NCBI GenBank assembly: GCA_963703345.1
Contig: OY969814.1
Coordinates: 1,184,001 to 1,248,000, forward strand
Direction: 5' to 3'
Source of the DNA: an uncultured Chloroflexia bacterium
Lineage (GTDB): Bacteria; Chloroflexota; Dehalococcoidia; DSTF01; JALHUB01
DNA length: 64,000 nucleotides
Shown here: positions 59,438-64,000 of the stretch, piece by piece
Layout: every line of letters starts with the position of its first letter
Numbering within the stretch: position 1 is the first letter of the stretch
The notes under the pieces: model-generated
The model's input: only the letters and a program-made list of their open reading frames with translations
Told to the model about the DNA's origin: nothing
The model's database searches: none
Position numbers and translations under genes: made by a program

Positions 59438-60451
59438 TCAAGCCACCAGATTGGCCTGTTTCATCCATTTCCGGATACGCTTCTTGGCTTCATCGTAGGG
59501 TATTCTTGTTTTCCACCCAAGCTCGCGCCGGGCCTTTGATGTGTCCAGATCATTGTTGCGACCCATCATTGCCACGTTATGGCGGGTAAGTGAGCTCTTC
59601 AAGCCGAAAATGGGAAACGCTCCTCCGATCAGGCCCGCCAGTGGCCATGCCACACCGAAGGGAATTGACAAGAACGTCGTCCTGGTGATCGGCTTCCCCG
59701 TGAATTCGGCGATATCCGAGAAGTACTGCCGGAAAGTGATGTCATAATCATCCATGATGTGATAGGTCTGACCCTTGGCCTCCTCTTTCGTTCCCGCCAG
59801 GAAGAACGCGTCCACAAGGTTTTCCACGTATACCAGACTCGCACTCCACCTTCCACCATCGATGAGCGGGAAGAAGGGTTTCTTCAGAGTTTCTACCGCA
59901 TCACGAACCCAGACGCTCCCCGGGCCGATCACATTGGTCGGACGTATGACGGTACCGATGATCTTTCCGTCTCGATGGTACTGCCAAAGCAGTCTCTCCG
60001 CGTCCAGTTTCGCATCCCCGTAGAATATGCCGGCCTTTCGCGTCGGATCCGTCTCGCGGTGACCGTTGAGATGCTTCCGTCCTAACCCGATGGCCACCAC
60101 TGAACTGGCAAGAACGAACCGCCGGCCGCTGCCGGAAGATTCCTCGAGCAGATGCTTCGAAGCCTCGTAGATGGCATCATAGAAGTCTTTTCGGGTACCC
60201 CAGTATGTCACACGGGCCGCCAGATGATACACTGTTTCGACGCCGTCGCAGATCCCGCGGATGGAACCCGGCTTGGTCAGGTCGCCCCTGACAATGCTGC
60301 ATCCCATTCTCTCTAAGTGATCCGCACTTTCCCCCGGCATGGCCAGGGCTCTTATGGAAAAACCTTCATCGATAAGCCTTTCGCACAGGAATCCGCCGAT
60401 GAACCCGCCCGCGCCGGTGACAAGAGTCGTCTTCCTTTGGTTCCCCGTCAC
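59438..60451 (-). CDS. NAD-dependent epimerase/dehydratase (extended SDR, 3-beta-HSD-like)
   Basis: LVTGAGGFIG, YHLAA, YGDAK (YxxxK), IRPTNVIGPG, KARRELGW. Confidence 0.88.
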   Translation of the reverse strand: MTGNQRKTTLVTGAGGFIGGFLCERLIDEGFSIRALAMPGESADHLERMGCSIVRGDLTKPGSIRGICDGVETVYHLAARVTYWGTRKDFYDAIYEASKHLLEESSGSGRRFVLASSVVAIGLGRKHLNGHRETDPTRKAGIFYGDAKLDAERLLWQYHRDGKIIGTVIRPTNVIGPGSVWVRDAVETLKKPFFPLIDGGRWSASLVYVENLVDAFFLAGTKEEAKGQTYHIMDDYDITFRQYFSDIAEFTGKPITRTTFLSIPFGVAWPLAGLIGGAFPIFGLKSSLTRHNVAMMGRNNDLDTSKARRELGWKTRIPYDEAKKRIRKWMKQANLVA

Positions 60452-61317
60452 GACCGTTCTCCCAGGAGCTCCCGCTGTCTCCTGTAGAATTCCACCTCCT
60501 GTTCATATTGATAAGGGAGGGCCGGAGATTTCCAAGCGGCCACCGGCTTTCCGGGGTTCAATTTGGTTTGCAGGTAGTCGGAAGTCATTATGCTGAAGGG
60601 CTTGGCTGTATCCAGCCCCAACGCGCGGATGTTCTCCGCCAGGCGATGCTTGGTGGGCGCGACTTTGACCTTGATCTGCTTGCACCGGCAGTGCTTGACT
60701 TTGCCATGCGCTTCCACCACTGTTCTTAGAATCGAATCCTTGCAGTCGCTGAATGTTATCATGTCGAATGGCCTGGCCGAGAAGCCCCGACCAGTCTCCC
60801 CTTCCACGTCTACGATCGGCTCTTCTGAATCCGGATCCAGCACGCTGAACTTGAAATGGCTGCCGGAAAGTTGGTTCGGTATCCGGGTTAGGAACTTCGG
60901 GTAGCCCCAGATTTCCCGTCCCGCGGCCCTAGCTTCGGGGATAGTCACCACCATCTCCACGACGTATACCCCCATGTTCTTCCACCGTTTCTCGCTCTTG
61001 GCAAACAGGAGCTTGAGAGACGGCAGCGACGGCCGCCCCAGCGCCTCGGGGTACACGCTGACGGACAGTACAACCTCGTCATAGGCTGTCAGGCTCACCT
61101 CCTGGTAATTGAAGAACGTCAGCGAGGTGAGGACCTTCCCGTTGAAGAAACGGACCGGCAGCAATCCGGTCTCCTTCAGGACCGGAAGCACGCGGTTATA
61201 CTCGACGAAGTAGTTTATGGTCCGCATCGCTAGCCTCTGGTAGAACACCGGGAGCTGGACCACGCCGGATGACGTAGTGTAGTCGGTCTGTGGAACGTCG
61301 AAGAAATCGCTTCTCAT
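60448..61317 (-). CDS. Acetoacetate decarboxylase-like (ADC) family protein
   Basis: LPVFY, YDEV, ARAAGREIWGYPK. Confidence 0.8.
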   Translation of the reverse strand: MRSDFFDVPQTDYTTSSGVVQLPVFYQRLAMRTINYFVEYNRVLPVLKETGLLPVRFFNGKVLTSLTFFNYQEVSLTAYDEVVLSVSVYPEALGRPSLPSLKLLFAKSEKRWKNMGVYVVEMVVTIPEARAAGREIWGYPKFLTRIPNQLSGSHFKFSVLDPDSEEPIVDVEGETGRGFSARPFDMITFSDCKDSILRTVVEAHGKVKHCRCKQIKVKVAPTKHRLAENIRALGLDTAKPFSIMTSDYLQTKLNPGKPVAAWKSPALPYQYEQEVEFYRRQRELLGERS

Positions 61318-61756
61318 AGGGAACCTCCCTGTGGTTGTCTAGTATGAGGTGTTCCTCATCGTAACTGACGATCTCCGACCCTGTGGGTCCCAAGAATCTC
61401 ACCTGTATCTGCGGCAGTCAAGTGGCCGCCACTCCTACTCGTGATGGAGACTTCCCAAGAACGAACCGAGCAACAGTGCCAGCCGCTTTCCGACGGGAGA
61501 TGCAGTCCTCTGCTTTGGAGCAGTACTCCCTCGAAACAACGGATACTGAAACCGCGAAGGACACGGTGGATGTCAAGATGCAACGCCAAACGAGCACGTG
61601 GCCTCCGACTGCTGAGGCGTTCGTTGAGATACTCCGCCAGGCTCGTGATGGTGGAACCTCCTGTCTTCACTGGAAGCAAATCAAAGAGCGCTTTGGGCGC
61701 GAGAGGCTACCATCCCGACAGAGTGCACGATGTTCGTCGCTACGTGGCCGGTTGGG

Positions 61757-61900
61757 ATGGACCGTGCGGCGCGCCTTCGAGCAGTACGCTGGAGGCAACC
61801 GCTCGATGCTGGAGATAGCTGACGAGCTGAATGCCGCGGGTTTTCGTCCCCGGTCAAAGCGCGGTCGGCTCGTATTCTCCAAAGCCACCGAGCGCGGCAC
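61757..61900 (+). pseudogene. Remnant of a large serine recombinase (recombinase DNA-binding domain)
   Basis: VRRAFEQYAGG..S..EIADELNAAGFRPR....FSKAT; catalytic and zinc-ribbon domains absent; adjacent to the tRNA att site. Confidence 0.7.
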
Positions 61901-61955
61901 GCTGTTGTTCACGGCAGTTGCAGAAGAGGAAGGCGGGCTGATCAGTGTTTGCGGC

Positions 61956-62032
61956 TGGCGACCCCGAGGGGATTCGAACCCCCGATCTCCACCGTGACAG
62001 GGTGGCATGTTAGTCCGCTACACCACGGGGCC
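61956..62032 (-). tRNA. tRNA-Asp (anticodon GTC), 77 nt, encoded CCA
   Basis: GGCCCCGTGGTGTAGCGGACTAACATGCCACCCTGTCACGGTGGAGATCGGGGGTTCGAATCCCCTCGGGGTCGCCA folds as a cloverleaf. Confidence 0.97.
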
Positions 62033-62065
62033 GCTCACTTGGTCGCTGGCTTCCCAGCGAGGTTC

Positions 62066-62095
62066 ATTGTAGGGGCGCGCGAAGCCTCCTGTCAA
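62066..62095 (-). promoter_or_regulatory. tRNA promoter TTGACA-N18-TACAAT
   Basis: Minus strand, ~35 nt upstream of the tRNA 5' end. Confidence 0.6.
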
Positions 62096-62112
62096 CCGAA
62101 GAAGCGTCGCCC

Positions 62113-62877
62113 CTACGCCGACTGCCCTCCATCCAGTACTATCGTCTGGCCGGTCACGTAGCTTGAGGCGTCCGAGGCCAGCCACACGCATACTCCCGCC
62201 ATCTCTTCCGCTCGCCCGATGCGACCGAGCGGCGTCTGCGACAGCGTTCGCTGCAGGATCGCCTCATTCTCCCACAGCGCCTGCGCGAATTTCGTCTGGA
62301 TGACGCCCGGGGCGATCGCGTTCACCCGTATCCCCTGTGGCGCCAGTTCCTGCGCCAGGACTTGAGTTAACATAATCACGCCGGCCTTGCTGATCGAGTA
62401 GCAGCCCAGTCCCGGCGACGCCCGCCTGCCGCCGACCGACGCCACGTTGATGATATTGCCCGACTTCCGCTCGATCATCCCTTTCGCCACCGACTGGGCC
62501 AGGAGGAAGTAGCCCTTCAGGTTTACGGTCATGATCTGGTCCCACGTCCGCTCCTCGATGTCGACCAGCGGCCCGAAGTAGGGGTTGGTGCCGGCGTTGT
62601 TCACCAGGATGTCGATCTTGCCGAACTGGTCGAGCGTTGCCTGCACCAGCTTGTCGATGTCCTCGCGATTACGCATGTGGGTAGCGATGGCGGCAGCCTT
62701 TCGGCCCAGCGCCCGGACTTCGCCGGCGACGACGTCCAAATCCTCCTGCTTACGGCTCGCCACGACGACGTCCGCTCCGTAGCTCGCCAGCCCCAGCGCA
62801 ATCGCCCGCCCGATGCCGCGCGACCCGCCGGTTACGACCGCCACCCTGTCGGTAAGATCAAACGATGGCTCTGTCAT
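62113..62877 (-). CDS. Classical SDR oxidoreductase (FabG-like)
   Basis: VTGGSRGIG, LVNNAG, YSISK, IRVNAIAPG, TPLGRIG, LDGG. Confidence 0.93.
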   Translation of the reverse strand: MTEPSFDLTDRVAVVTGGSRGIGRAIALGLASYGADVVVASRKQEDLDVVAGEVRALGRKAAAIATHMRNREDIDKLVQATLDQFGKIDILVNNAGTNPYFGPLVDIEERTWDQIMTVNLKGYFLLAQSVAKGMIERKSGNIINVASVGGRRASPGLGCYSISKAGVIMLTQVLAQELAPQGIRVNAIAPGVIQTKFAQALWENEAILQRTLSQTPLGRIGRAEEMAGVCVWLASDASSYVTGQTIVLDGGQSA

Positions 62878-62899
62878 CTCCGTCTCCTCTCTTCGGCGA

Positions 62900-64000
62900 T
62901 CACGCCGTCGCCGACGCCTTCTCGTAGTAGGTCACGACGTTCGCCACCGCCCTCGCGACCCGGTCCAGGCTGGGCAGCGTTAGGATACCGAGCTCCCGAT
63001 AGCGGTCGCGCGCCCGTCGTCGGCCGGCCTCCGCGTCTGCCATCTCCACCTCCTCGCCGCCCACCGGCAGGACGATGACGACCGGCTTGCCGAACTTGTC
63101 TCGCACTGCGGCCGGCACGTTGACGAGCGCCCGCACGACCTCGTCCGGATTCGGCATCGGGAAGTGGCCGCCCAGCAGGTAGAAAAGCGGCTGGGTCGCG
63201 ATGACCGTATCGACGCTCTCCTGCGCCGCGACGGCTTCGAGCACGCTCTGGAAGACCGGTGGCGGCACCAGCGGCACGCCCACGTCGACCGGGTTGCGCA
63301 TCATCGTCCCCGCGATAGGCAGGAGCTCCAGCAATTGCCGTCGCATGGCCTCATCGAAGGGCGGCACCTCCAGGCCGACGGCCGCGCAGGCGTCCGTAGC
63401 CGCGACGCTCGTACCGCCGCCGCCGCCGACCATGCCGATGCGTCGTCCCGTCTCCCGAGGCAGAATCAGCAGGGCTTCCGCCGTGTCCGCCATCTCTTCG
63501 AGGCTGTTCGCGCGTATCGCCGCCGTCTGCTGGAAGAGCGCCCGCCAGACCTGCTCCTCGCCGCCCAGCGAGCCCGTGTGCGAGCGCACCGCCCTCGACC
63601 CGGCCTCGGTCAGCCCTGCCTTCCAGATGACGACGGGCTTCTTCGGCGCCGTCTGCTTCACCAGCTCGAAGAAGCGGCGGCCCTCGCGCGGGCCCTCCAG
63701 GTACATCGTGATTACCTTTGTCTCGGGGTCGTTCGCCATGTACTCCAGCAGGTCCGATTCGTTGACGTCGCAGGCGTTGCCGTAGCTCACCGCGACGCTA
63801 AAGCGCAGTCCGCGTCCCTTCGCCTGGCGGCCCAGCTCGACTGCGTGACCGCCGCTCTGAGAGATGAAGCCGACCGGCCCGCTCTCTTTCGGAAAGTCGC
63901 CGCCGGGCAGGAGGGTGTGGCCCGATGCCGGACAGTACACGCCGAAGCAGTTGGGCCCGATGACGCGTATCCCCTGCGCCGCGATGCGCTTGACCTCCTG
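62900..64000 (-). CDS. CoA-binding / ADP-forming acyl-CoA synthetase alpha-like subunit (5'-partial)
   Basis: IRVIGPNCFG, FISQSG, SYGN..D, YLEG, AVRSHTGSL, NPVD; frame open to the window edge. Confidence 0.9.
   Translation of the reverse strand, partial: QEVKRIAAQGIRVIGPNCFGVYCPASGHTLLPGGDFPKESGPVGFISQSGGHAVELGRQAKGRGLRFSVAVSYGNACDVNESDLLEYMANDPETKVITMYLEGPREGRRFFELVKQTAPKKPVVIWKAGLTEAGSRAVRSHTGSLGGEEQVWRALFQQTAAIRANSLEEMADTAEALLILPRETGRRIGMVGGGGGTSVAATDACAAVGLEVPPFDEAMRRQLLELLPIAGTMMRNPVDVGVPLVPPPVFQSVLEAVAAQESVDTVIATQPLFYLLGGHFPMPNPDEVVRALVNVPAAVRDKFGKPVVIVLPVGGEEVEMADAEAGRRRARDRYRELGILTLPSLDRVARAVANVVTYYEKASATA

Larger units (their letters stand above)
50485..61971. mobile_element. Decayed genomic island integrated at the tRNA-Asp 3' end (~11.5 kb)
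   Basis: 16-bp direct repeat boundaries, recombinase remnant next to the tRNA, lower GC by eye, several truncated genes. Confidence 0.8.

Noticed and set aside
61383-61997. 204-aa ORF as an intact integrase
   Set aside because: Chimeric: only ~45 aa resemble a recombinase domain, and the end runs into the tRNA antisense

Overview
High-GC bacterial chromosomal window, probably Chloroflexota/Dehalococcoidia. This taxonomic call is an inference from gene content: a TIGR03663-type GT-C, dockerin-bearing surface proteins, MCEFC-type ferredoxins and expanded Liv-type transport. From left to right: a DUF3800 gene; rfbD-rfbB-rfbA; a fused DNA methyltransferase/Mrr-like nuclease; a lysozyme-like TIM-barrel gene; an operon of three paralogous GT4 glycosyltransferases and two SAM methyltransferases; several secreted or surface proteins (YVTN+Kelch, CAP, subtilase-dockerin, Thr-Pro-repeat dockerin protein); gmd; an FrhB-IorAB-CoA-transferase-PaaI acyl-CoA module; an Agl23-like membrane glycosyltransferase with an inserted HPD-less J-domain; and LivH/LivM followed by five tandem substrate-binding lipoproteins with no ATPase. 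The right part holds a decayed ~11.5 kb genomic island integrated at the 3' end of tRNA-Asp(GTC). The island is bounded by an exact 16-bp att repeat (50485-50500 / 61956-61971) and carries a serine-recombinase remnant, lipid-catabolic genes, a sixth binding protein and several gene fragments. Other notable items are a 53-bp promoter/leader module shared by two unrelated genes 38 kb apart, recurrent TTGACA-N16 promoters, and a candidate C-terminal sorting signal. All calls come from reading motifs by eye; no database searches were run.
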